A stretch of 41,409 bases of DNA, taken from Flavobacteriaceae bacterium (GTDB taxonomy: Bacteria; Bacteroidota; Bacteroidia; Flavobacteriales; Flavobacteriaceae). The stretch covers positions 1-41,409 of the forward strand of contig JANTGO010000001.1 in NCBI GenBank assembly GCA_024763015.1, given 5' to 3'. A model generated the notes under the pieces. It saw only the letters and a list, made by a program, of their open reading frames with translations. It searched no databases and was not told the origin of the DNA. This document shows, one piece after another, positions 26,339 through 35,424 of this stretch. Positions within the stretch are counted from its first letter, which is position 1. Each line of letters starts with the position of its first letter. Position numbers and translations under genes: made by a program.

Positions 26339-28285
26339 ATGCAATTTAAACATCCCGAAATATTATATGCGCTACTGTTGTTGCTAATTCCCGTTATCAT
26401 TCATTTGGTCAGGTGGAAAAAATTTAAGCAAAAATCATTTTCTAATGTGGAATTTTTAAAAGACTTGGAAATCAAATCTCGCAGAAGCAGAAAATTGAAA
26501 GAATTGATTATTCTTCTGTTGAGATTATTGGCAATTGCAATGCTTGTTTTGGCCTTTGCACAACCTTATTTCCCTTCAAAAGCGCAAAAACAAAAAGCAG
26601 ACGAGGTGCAAACGATCATTTATTTAGACAATTCGTTAAGTATGTCCGCCTTGACCAAAAATACCAATCTTTGGCAAGAAGTGCGTCAAGATTTGGTTAA
26701 AAACCTCGATGAACAACAGCTTTATACTTTTTTTGACAACACGGAAACCTATAAAAACATTAGTGGAAAACAGTTGAAAGCAATATTGTATAAAGTTCGT
26801 TTTATAGCCAAGCCGACACATCATAAAGAAATGATAAAGAAAGCAAATCTCTTGTTTGCCAAAGATCAAAAAAAGCATGAACTTATCTATATTTCTGATT
26901 TGCAAAATGTTGATAATGAGAAATTAACATCAGATTTGTTTAGAGATGATGTGCATTATAATTTTTATGTCAAACAACAAAAAGAATTACCCAACATCAG
27001 TCTTGATACACTTTGGTTGCAATCCAAAACAAATGAGGTTTACACATTAAACTTGCAGGTTTCGGCCATGCAAAAAGATTTAAAATCGCCGGTGAGTATT
27101 CATCAAGGCAATAAATTGTTGTGGCGCGGTTATGTAGATTTTAAAGATAGTTTGCAACAGCAATTACGGATAGAACTGCCTAAATCTAAGAATATTACAG
27201 CCCGTGTTTCGGTTGTGGACAGGGCTTTTACTTTTGACAATAATTTGTTTTTTTGCCTACAAGAAAATCCTAAAATCAGGGTTTTATTTGTAGGAAACAG
27301 TTTCCCCGATTTTATAAAGAATATCTATACGGATGATGAATTTCAATTGGATTTTTCTAAGCCAAATCAGTTGAATTACGGTAAATTATCATCTTATGAT
27401 TTATTGATATTGGACGGTATTAACAATGCACAGACTTTATCATTTGATGCGATTAAGCAATATCTCAAAAATTATGGAAATTTGGTGTTAATTCCGCCGG
27501 TGGCACAGCCAGAAAAAATTGCTTCCACACTAAATATATTGCAAATCCCTAATAAAATTCAATTAGATACTACAAAGGTGTTATTGAATGATATTAATTT
27601 TCAACATCCCATTTTTAAACAAGTTTTTTTAAAAAAGACGAGAAATTTTGCCTATCCGTTTGTTCGTAATCACTTGCTTTTTGAACGACAAGGAGCTTGG
27701 TTGTATCGTTTAAGCGATCACAGTCCTTTTATGCAATTATTCAAGAATAACGGAAATATTTATGTGTTCAATGCGAGTTTAGAAGCAAGCAATACCAATT
27801 TTACACAAGCGCCTACACTGCTGGTTTCTTTGTTTTATCAAATAGCTACCAATAGCAATAAAACCAAGGCTTTGTATTACAATATCGGTCAAAAAAATAC
27901 GTATGATGTTCCTGCTCAAATAAAGAATGATGCGGTATTGCAATTGAAAAAAGATTCGATGGCATTTATCCCTTTTCAGATAAATAAATTTAACAAAGTG
28001 CAAATTTCCACTACTGATTTTCCTGAAGTTTCAGGAATTTATGACATTGTGAATCAGGATGATGTGCTGAAAAAAGTGGCTTATAATTATGCCCAAATAG
28101 AGCATCGTTTGCAATTTGTAACATTACCACAATCCAAGCAAATTTCATATCTGGATTCTTTTAAATCTTATGCCCAAGCACAAAAAGATTTTTTGAAGGA
28201 GAAATCAATATGGAAATATTTTTTGGTTTTGGCTTTGTTTTTTTTGTTGCTAGAAATATTGCTTATTTTATATTGGAAACCTTAA
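26339..28285 (+). CDS. BatA_N (aerotolerance-regulator N-terminal) domain membrane protein
   Basis: N-terminal FKHPEILYALLLLLIPVIIHL motif, a second TM and a C-terminal TM anchor. 648 aa. 6 nt after the ABC ATPase. Confidence 0.6.
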   Translation: MQFKHPEILYALLLLLIPVIIHLVRWKKFKQKSFSNVEFLKDLEIKSRRSRKLKELIILLLRLLAIAMLVLAFAQPYFPSKAQKQKADEVQTIIYLDNSLSMSALTKNTNLWQEVRQDLVKNLDEQQLYTFFDNTETYKNISGKQLKAILYKVRFIAKPTHHKEMIKKANLLFAKDQKKHELIYISDLQNVDNEKLTSDLFRDDVHYNFYVKQQKELPNISLDTLWLQSKTNEVYTLNLQVSAMQKDLKSPVSIHQGNKLLWRGYVDFKDSLQQQLRIELPKSKNITARVSVVDRAFTFDNNLFFCLQENPKIRVLFVGNSFPDFIKNIYTDDEFQLDFSKPNQLNYGKLSSYDLLILDGINNAQTLSFDAIKQYLKNYGNLVLIPPVAQPEKIASTLNILQIPNKIQLDTTKVLLNDINFQHPIFKQVFLKKTRNFAYPFVRNHLLFERQGAWLYRLSDHSPFMQLFKNNGNIYVFNASLEASNTNFTQAPTLLVSLFYQIATNSNKTKALYYNIGQKNTYDVPAQIKNDAVLQLKKDSMAFIPFQINKFNKVQISTTDFPEVSGIYDIVNQDDVLKKVAYNYAQIEHRLQFVTLPQSKQISYLDSFKSYAQAQKDFLKEKSIWKYFLVLALFFLLLEILLILYWKP

Positions 28286-28294
28286 TTAATTTCT

Positions 28295-29323
28295 TTGAAA
28301 AAACTCAGATACATCTTAATCCCATTTTCGCTGGTTTATGCATTAATTACTGAAATTCGTAATGCATTGTATGACAGAGGTTGGTTTGTTTCTCAAAAAT
28401 TTGACTTGCCGGTCATTAATGTTGGCAATCTAAGTATGGGGGGAACAGGCAAAACACCGCAAATTGAATATCTGATTAGGTTGTTAGAAACTCGGTACAA
28501 AGTGGCTTTTGTTAGTAGGGGATACAAACGTAAAACGAAGGGATTTGTGGTTGCCGATACGCAAGCAAGCGTAGCAAGAATAGGAGATGAGGCATTTCAG
28601 ATTCACCAAAAATTTCCAAAGGTTTATGTAGCGGTTGGTGAAAAAAGACTGCCGGCTATTCGTAAAGTTTTGGTAAATTCTAAAACGGATGTCATACTGC
28701 TGGATGATGCTTTTCAACATAGAGCGGTTTCCGCCGGAATGAACATTCTCATAACGGCTTATAACAAGCTTTTTGTCGATGATTTTGTATTGCCGGCAGG
28801 TGATTTAAGAGAATGTAGAAAACATGTAAAACGGGCTGATATCGTGTTGGTTAGCAAATGCCCTGCAAGTATTGATGAGAAAGAAAAAGCGATAATTAAA
28901 CAAAAAATAGGTAAGTACTTTGATAAAGATATTTTCTTCTCAACCATCGCTTATGATGATTTTATTTGGAATAAGCAGTCTCAAATTAACATTAACAATT
29001 TATCGCAATTTGAAATTTTATTAGTAACGGGCATTGCCAATCCTATTCCTTTGTATGCTTTTTTGTCAGAAAAAAATTGTAATTTTGAGAGTTTGAAATT
29101 TGGCGACCATCATAATTTTTCATCGGCTGATATATCTTTGATAACAAGACGTTTTGAACGATTAGAAGGAAAGAAAAAGATATTACTTACAACTGAAAAA
29201 GACTATGTGCGTTTGCAAAATTTGGTAGATTTACCCTTATATTATCTGTCAATTCAAACAAAAGTATTAGAAAGGGAATTGTTTAATAAAAAAATATTGG
29301 ATTATGTCAGAAAAGAAAAATGA
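28295..29323 (+). CDS. lpxK: Tetraacyldisaccharide 4'-kinase
   Basis: VGNLSMGGTGKTP P-loop, VSRGYKRK and LDDAFQH blocks. TTG start, with no in-frame ATG before the conserved N-terminus. Confidence 0.85.
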   Translation: MKKLRYILIPFSLVYALITEIRNALYDRGWFVSQKFDLPVINVGNLSMGGTGKTPQIEYLIRLLETRYKVAFVSRGYKRKTKGFVVADTQASVARIGDEAFQIHQKFPKVYVAVGEKRLPAIRKVLVNSKTDVILLDDAFQHRAVSAGMNILITAYNKLFVDDFVLPAGDLRECRKHVKRADIVLVSKCPASIDEKEKAIIKQKIGKYFDKDIFFSTIAYDDFIWNKQSQININNLSQFEILLVTGIANPIPLYAFLSEKNCNFESLKFGDHHNFSSADISLITRRFERLEGKKKILLTTEKDYVRLQNLVDLPLYYLSIQTKVLERELFNKKILDYVRKEK

Positions 29324-30134
29324 ATTTGATTTGTCGTTAGAAACGGCTGACTATTTGAGAAGACAAGTAGATTATATACCCGAATACGCCATTGTTTTAG
29401 GAAGTGGATTGGGTAGTTTGGTAGAAGATATCGAAGTAGAAAAAGAAATTCCTTATAAAGATATTCCTAATTTTCCTATCTCGACCGTAAAAGGACACAA
29501 AGGTTCTTTAATTTTTGGAACACTCAACGGTAAAAAAGTATTGGCTATGAATGGTCGCTTTCATTTTTATGAAGGATATGATATGAAAAAAGTTACTTTT
29601 CCGGAACGTGTATTTTGGCAAATGGGTATCAAAAAATTGGTTGTTTCAAATGCTTCGGGCGGTGTTAATAGAAATTTCAGTATTGGTGATGTGATGTTGA
29701 TTAAGGATCATATCAATTTGTTCCCGGAACATCCTTTACGTGGCCCCAATGATGAACGTTTCGGCCCTCGTTTTGTCAATATGAGTGAGCCGTATAGCAA
29801 AAAAATGCTTCAAGTGGTTCGTGCTTATGCAGCAGAAAAAAATATCAAAATAAAAGAAGGTACTTACCTAGGTTTGCAAGGCCCAACTTTTGAAACACTT
29901 GCCGAATATACAATGGTTCGCAATATGGGCGGTGACGCTGTTGGTATGTCAACGGTTCCCGAAGTAATTGTGGCGGTGCATATGGGCATGGAAGTATTCG
30001 GTATTTCCGTTATTACAGATATAGGTACCGAAGAATTTATCGAAGAGGTAAATCATGTTGAGGTCTTAAAAGCTGCAAAAGCTGCCGAACCGGTTGTAAG
30101 AGAACTGGTAGGCAAATTGGTAGAAAGATATTAA
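29304..30134 (+). CDS. Purine nucleoside phosphorylase (trimeric PNP family)
   Basis: GRFHFYEGY, VSNASGG and VGMSTVPE blocks. Overlaps the lpxK 3' end by 20 nt. Confidence 0.85.
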   Translation: MSEKKNEFDLSLETADYLRRQVDYIPEYAIVLGSGLGSLVEDIEVEKEIPYKDIPNFPISTVKGHKGSLIFGTLNGKKVLAMNGRFHFYEGYDMKKVTFPERVFWQMGIKKLVVSNASGGVNRNFSIGDVMLIKDHINLFPEHPLRGPNDERFGPRFVNMSEPYSKKMLQVVRAYAAEKNIKIKEGTYLGLQGPTFETLAEYTMVRNMGGDAVGMSTVPEVIVAVHMGMEVFGISVITDIGTEEFIEEVNHVEVLKAAKAAEPVVRELVGKLVERY

Positions 30135-30153
30135 GACAATATAAAGTATTTTT

Positions 30154-31923
30154 ATGTCCCAACCCGCAGATTATTATAAAAATCAAATACAAAATTATAC
30201 GGCGCAACTTAAAAAATTGCGCCGTAAGTCTATATGGATTAGCGCAAGTAGATTGATAATTTTTTTGTCATTATCTATTCTGATATATTTTTTCTATGAT
30301 AATCTTAAGGCATTAATTTTGATTGCTTTAGTGGGTATTCCATTATTTCTTTTTTTGGTATCTAAGAGTGAAAATATCAAGCATTTGATCAATATAGCTA
30401 AGGAATATATCCTTATAAATGAGAACGAATTAAAAGTATTGCGAGGTGAGTATGATTTTTTAGATTCTGGTTCGGAGTTTATCGATCCGGAGCATCATTT
30501 TAGCTACGATATTGATTTGTTTGGCCAAGCTTCTTTTTTTCAATATATCAACCGTTCTATAAAACAGTCAGCAAAATTATTTTTGTCTAATCTTTTGATT
30601 TCTAATAATATAAATAATATTGAGGATAGGCAAGAGGCTATTAAGGAATTGTCTAAAAAGCCGGAATGGCGTCAAGAATTTATGATCACCAGTCGCTTGG
30701 ATATCGGTAAATATGAACCCGGACAGATTGTAAGTTGGATGCAAAACTATCAGCCATTTACCAAAAAATTTATGTATCCTTTGGTTTGGTTTTTTTCCGT
30801 CTCATCCGTATTGCTTATTTTGGCTAGCTATTTTAATTTTATCAATAATTATATATTGCTATTTTGGGTTTTTCTCGGATTAGGCATCGTTGGAAATTAC
30901 GCTAAAAAAATTCAAAAGCTTTTTGCGGAAATCGAACAGGTTAAGCCTTCATTGATGGCATATAAATCGCTCATCGATTTGATTGAAAAAGAAAAGTTTA
31001 CTTCAAAACTTTTACAGCAAAAGCAACAAGCATTATTGGATTCTAAGACGCATATTTCTCAAAATATTTCTGAATTCCTAAGCCTTTCTAAAAGAATTGA
31101 ATTTACTAATAATTTGATTATCAAATTTATAGGAGATTCTTTCTTTTTATATGATTTGTTGATGGCTTATCAAATGGAAGCTTGGATTGCAGCGCATAAA
31201 GATGATATGAATACTTGGTATGCCCTAACGGATTTCTTTGAAGCTTACAGTAATTTGGGAAACTTCGTTTTTAACCATCCAAGCTATACATTTCCAAAGA
31301 TTAATGATGGAGAAAACATTATTAAAGCTACCGGATTGGGACATCCCTTGCTTGATGCGGCAAAAAGAATCGATAATGATTTTGCGATTAAAAAACATTC
31401 ATTTTTTATCATAACCGGAGCCAATATGGCAGGTAAGAGTACCTTTTTGCGCACGGTTTCTTTGAGTATCGTTATGGCGAATTCAGGATTGCCGGTTTGT
31501 GCACAAGGTATTGATTACCATCCTATTAAATTGATTACGAGCATGCGTACCAGCGATTCTTTAAGTAAGGATGAATCCTACTTTTTTGCTGAACTCAAGC
31601 GTCTTAAATTTATGGTGGATCAAATGAATAAGGATGAATATTTCATAGTTTTAGACGAAATTTTAAAAGGAACGAATTCCAAAGATAAAGCGATGGGCTC
31701 GCAAAAATTTGTCGAGAAATTGGTTCATAGCAAATCTACCGGCATCATTGCTACGCATGATTTAAGTCTATGTAAACTGGAAAACGATTTTAGCCAAATC
31801 AAGAATTACTTTTTTGATGCAGAAATCATAAACGACGAATTGTCTTTTGACTACAAGCTAAAAACAGGTGTTTGTCAGAATATGAATGCTTCATTTTTAT
31901 TAAAAAAAATGCATATTATTTAG
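30154..31923 (+). CDS. MutS-family ATPase paralog with predicted transmembrane helices and no mismatch-binding N-domain
   Basis: MutS domain V: ITGANMAGKSTFLRTV, VLDEILKGTN, ATHD. Four hydrophobic helices at roughly residues 27-70 and 208-250. Confidence 0.75.
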   Translation: MSQPADYYKNQIQNYTAQLKKLRRKSIWISASRLIIFLSLSILIYFFYDNLKALILIALVGIPLFLFLVSKSENIKHLINIAKEYILINENELKVLRGEYDFLDSGSEFIDPEHHFSYDIDLFGQASFFQYINRSIKQSAKLFLSNLLISNNINNIEDRQEAIKELSKKPEWRQEFMITSRLDIGKYEPGQIVSWMQNYQPFTKKFMYPLVWFFSVSSVLLILASYFNFINNYILLFWVFLGLGIVGNYAKKIQKLFAEIEQVKPSLMAYKSLIDLIEKEKFTSKLLQQKQQALLDSKTHISQNISEFLSLSKRIEFTNNLIIKFIGDSFFLYDLLMAYQMEAWIAAHKDDMNTWYALTDFFEAYSNLGNFVFNHPSYTFPKINDGENIIKATGLGHPLLDAAKRIDNDFAIKKHSFFIITGANMAGKSTFLRTVSLSIVMANSGLPVCAQGIDYHPIKLITSMRTSDSLSKDESYFFAELKRLKFMVDQMNKDEYFIVLDEILKGTNSKDKAMGSQKFVEKLVHSKSTGIIATHDLSLCKLENDFSQIKNYFFDAEIINDELSFDYKLKTGVCQNMNASFLLKKMHII

Positions 31924-32800
31924 ATTTTTCATTCAATTCTACTAGAAATTTTGCAATATCTAATGAATCGTTCGGGCAATCGACTACCTTGTAATTTTGC
32001 ACCCCAATTTCTTTAGCGATATCGGCATATTCCAACTTTAATTCATAATCGGTTTCGGCATTGTCTATCATAAATGATATTGGGTAAATTAATACATTTT
32101 TTTTCTTATAATCTTTTAATTTTTCCTTCAAATACGGTTGTAGCCAGGTGGTATAACCAAACCGCGATTGGTAGGCAAAATCTACCGACTGAAACATTGT
32201 AAGTTTATTCTTAAGTAGGTAAAAGTGTTCTAAGATTTGCTGGGCATAAGGATCGCCTTTTTCTATCATTTTTTTTGGCAAGCCATGGGCAGAAAACAAC
32301 ACATGCCATTCCGTAGGGTTTGGAACACTTTTGATAATATTTTTCGAAATAATTTCATTAAATTCTTCTTCTTGATAAAAAGCTTTGATAAGTTTTACCT
32401 TTCCTTTAAAATTTAAGCTTTTAAATTCGTCTAGACTGCTTTCAACGGTGGTAAAAGAGAAGTGTGGATATAAGGGCATTAATACGACTTCATGATATTG
32501 GTCGATAAAATTTTGAAGTTTTGGATGGCTGTATCGCATGGCAAATCTAACATCATAATCGGTGTATTTTTGCATTTGTTTTGCTAAATTTTCCGTCAGT
32601 TGATTGATACGACTCCCGCCAATTTTTTCATAATTTTCCCAAGATTTTTGATATCTGAATTGGGCAATAAGTGGCGCAATCATATGCCGCAAAGGAGAAG
32701 CGATAATCCTTGGATCGCTAAACATATTGTATAAAAAAGACTTTAGTTCTTCCGGACTTTTTGCACCACCCATATTTAGTAAGATTATAGCTTTGGACAT
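31916..32800 (-). CDS. hemH: Ferrochelatase
   Basis: LLNMGGAKSPEE ... FLYNMFSDPRII N-terminus, SAHGLP, QSRFG ... WLQP. Starts 2 nt after the hemN stop. Confidence 0.8.
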   Translation of the reverse strand: MSKAIILLNMGGAKSPEELKSFLYNMFSDPRIIASPLRHMIAPLIAQFRYQKSWENYEKIGGSRINQLTENLAKQMQKYTDYDVRFAMRYSHPKLQNFIDQYHEVVLMPLYPHFSFTTVESSLDEFKSLNFKGKVKLIKAFYQEEEFNEIISKNIIKSVPNPTEWHVLFSAHGLPKKMIEKGDPYAQQILEHFYLLKNKLTMFQSVDFAYQSRFGYTTWLQPYLKEKLKDYKKKNVLIYPISFMIDNAETDYELKLEYADIAKEIGVQNYKVVDCPNDSLDIAKFLVELNEKSK

Positions 32801-32802
32801 AC

Positions 32803-34179
32803 TTATAATGCTTTTGAAAATTGTCGGGTATTATTCTTCATATTCGGGTCAAAAGCGGCAGCAATATTTCTCATAAAGAATTGTCCTTGCGCCGTAAGTT
32901 CTAAAATATTGTTTTCAAAATGGATTAATCCTTCGTCTTTAAATGTGTCCAATACTTTAAAATCAACATCTGTGATTTTGTATATTTGGTTTACATCAAT
33001 TTTGTTGGTTTCTGCTACTTTATTAAAATCGACATACATATTACACATAATTTCTTCTATAATTTGTCGGATTAGCTTTTCGTTTTCATTTACAAAATAG
33101 TATTTTTCAATCGGGAAAACACCTTCGTTAATCGACTTTACATACTTGGTTATACTTTTGGTATTCTGTAAATAGGCACTATTTAGCTGGCTGATGCCAC
33201 TGACTCCAAGTGCATATACTTGGCCGGTCGTGTCAAGGGTACAGTAACCTTGAAAATTACGATGCAATTGTTTGGTTTTTAATGAATGGGTCAGCACATC
33301 TTCGGGGTCGGCAAAATGATCTAGCCCGATGGGTGTATATTGATGCTCGGTTAAAATATCATATGCTTTTTGAAATAAATCAATTTTTTCTTTGGCACTT
33401 GGCAAACCAAATTTTTCTAAAGATTTTTGTTGTTTTTTTACCCATGGCACATGTGCGTAGGAAAACACCGCTAGGCGATTTGGTTTTAAACCGGCCGCTT
33501 TTTTGATGGTTTTCTCATATTCATTAAGATTTTGATAAGGCAATCCATAAATAAAATCTAGATTAAGGGAAAGATTATCATAGGATTGGATGTGCTTTAC
33601 AATTTCTTCTATGGAAAGTAAGGGTTTTTGCCGATTGACGGTCTCCAAAACTTTATCATTAAAGTCTTGCACCCCAAAACTCAATCGATTAAAACCGAGT
33701 TTTACAAGTTCATCGGTATAAGATTTGGTAAGATGCGCGGGATGACATTCCATAGCAATTTCAGGATTTTGAATAGTGTTAAAATTACTATATAATTTGT
33801 TCATTATTAGTTGAATATCTTCTATGGGAAGGTAGTTTGGTGTGCCGCCTCCCCAATGTATTTGAGATATTTTTCGGTCGGAATCGATAAGCGGTTTTAG
33901 CAAATCAATCTCATTTAAAATGGTATCGACATAAGTTCGAATAACATTTTGATCGCTAGTTATTTTTGTGTTACAACCACAATACAAGCAAAGTTGCCCA
34001 CAAAAAGGAATGTGAATGTAAATAGAAATATTTTTGGGATTTTCATCGTTTGATGCCTTTATTGCCTCGATAATTTCTGGGTAATTGTCTGCATCTTTAA
34101 AATAATTTGCCGGTGGATAGCTGGTATATCTTGGCGTAGGTTGGTTATATTTTTCGTAAAGTTCTTGTTTAATTTTCAT
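32803..34179 (-). CDS. hemN: Oxygen-independent coproporphyrinogen III oxidase (radical SAM)
   Basis: PRYTSYP N-terminal block and four-Cys motif CGQLCLYCGC (CxxxCxxCxC). 458 aa. Confidence 0.9.
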   Translation of the reverse strand: MKIKQELYEKYNQPTPRYTSYPPANYFKDADNYPEIIEAIKASNDENPKNISIYIHIPFCGQLCLYCGCNTKITSDQNVIRTYVDTILNEIDLLKPLIDSDRKISQIHWGGGTPNYLPIEDIQLIMNKLYSNFNTIQNPEIAMECHPAHLTKSYTDELVKLGFNRLSFGVQDFNDKVLETVNRQKPLLSIEEIVKHIQSYDNLSLNLDFIYGLPYQNLNEYEKTIKKAAGLKPNRLAVFSYAHVPWVKKQQKSLEKFGLPSAKEKIDLFQKAYDILTEHQYTPIGLDHFADPEDVLTHSLKTKQLHRNFQGYCTLDTTGQVYALGVSGISQLNSAYLQNTKSITKYVKSINEGVFPIEKYYFVNENEKLIRQIIEEIMCNMYVDFNKVAETNKIDVNQIYKITDVDFKVLDTFKDEGLIHFENNILELTAQGQFFMRNIAAAFDPNMKNNTRQFSKAL

Positions 34180-34185
34180 AATACT

Positions 34186-35397
34186 TTAATTTTTTTCGGA
34201 CTCGTTTTCTATGTATAAATGCGAAAAAGTAAGCAGTAACAATAGACTAATGATGAATTCAATTTTATATAATCCGGTATAACCATAATGCTGTGCCAGC
34301 TTGCCACTGACGACTGCCAATAAAATGCTTCCAAGATGTGTAATAACAATTTGTATGGTAAAATCCGTTCCGGCTCTTCCGGGTCTTACTTGATCCATCG
34401 AGATGGTATAAATGACCACTGAAGCCATACCATAAGTTCCCCAAACAGCTAAAACACCTATTAGCAAATATAAAAAGCTAATCTCTTGCAAGGATAACCA
34501 CCAGAAATAGGATGAAGTGATAATAGATAATATGGCAATGCCGATTATCCCTAATTTTCTACTAGTTTTTTTGATAATAAATCCTATTAATAATGCCATT
34601 GCAGTGCCAAAAGCAGGTCCGTAAATACCTGAAATGATGCCAATTTCTTTGATAGAGTAGCCCAAATCGACCATCCAAGGTTTGAGCATGGTCAAAATAC
34701 CGATTAGTCCGGAATAAAATATAAAAAGCAAAAGTACTCTTCTGCCAATTGATTTTTGTTTAAAGAATATAATGATATCTTTAAAACCAACTTTGGATAC
34801 TTTTTCCGGTGTTTTTATTCTTAGTGGTTTGTAAAAATAAAGTGGGAGAATGGCCAAAACAACAAAACCTGATAAAGCAAACAGCAGGTATTTCCATCCG
34901 AAATAATAATAAACGATTAATAGTACGCCACTACCGGTAAGCGTTCCTAGAAAACTTCCGGCGGATTGCATGCTATTGCCAATACTGCGTTCTTCTTTTT
35001 TAAGCACAAGATAGGCAAATGCATCTGTAGCAATATCCTGCGTTGCAGAAGCAGCAAAAGCGATTACCATTAGTAAGACGATAAGACTAAAGTTGGTTTT
35101 AATATGCAAAAAAGCAGCTGCGAATATTATAATTGCATAAAATATTTCTGATGAAAATATCCATTTTTTATAGTTTTGAATATTGTTTCCCGTTTTATCT
35201 ACTAAAGGTGCCCACAAAAACTTTAATATCCAAGGAAGTTTTACCAGTTGCAAAAGCCCAATTGAGCTTAATGAATAATGCTCTGTTCTTAAAATAACCG
35301 GCATGACAGTTGTAAAAAAGGTCATGGGAATAGATTGTGCTAAGTATAGACTAAGCAGTGTGCTATATTTTTGACTGTTATTTAAGAATTTGGGCAT
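34186..35397 (-). CDS. MFS permease of the AmpG / RhtX-FptX-like clade
   Basis: About 12 TM. LYLAQSIP ... LPWILKFLWAPLVDK resembles the AmpG-type signature shared with single-component siderophore permeases. Confidence 0.7.
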   Translation of the reverse strand: MPKFLNNSQKYSTLLSLYLAQSIPMTFFTTVMPVILRTEHYSLSSIGLLQLVKLPWILKFLWAPLVDKTGNNIQNYKKWIFSSEIFYAIIIFAAAFLHIKTNFSLIVLLMVIAFAASATQDIATDAFAYLVLKKEERSIGNSMQSAGSFLGTLTGSGVLLIVYYYFGWKYLLFALSGFVVLAILPLYFYKPLRIKTPEKVSKVGFKDIIIFFKQKSIGRRVLLLFIFYSGLIGILTMLKPWMVDLGYSIKEIGIISGIYGPAFGTAMALLIGFIIKKTSRKLGIIGIAILSIITSSYFWWLSLQEISFLYLLIGVLAVWGTYGMASVVIYTISMDQVRPGRAGTDFTIQIVITHLGSILLAVVSGKLAQHYGYTGLYKIEFIISLLLLLTFSHLYIENESEKN

Positions 35398-35424
35398 AAA
35401 GATATTTTAAAATTGTTTTGCTAA

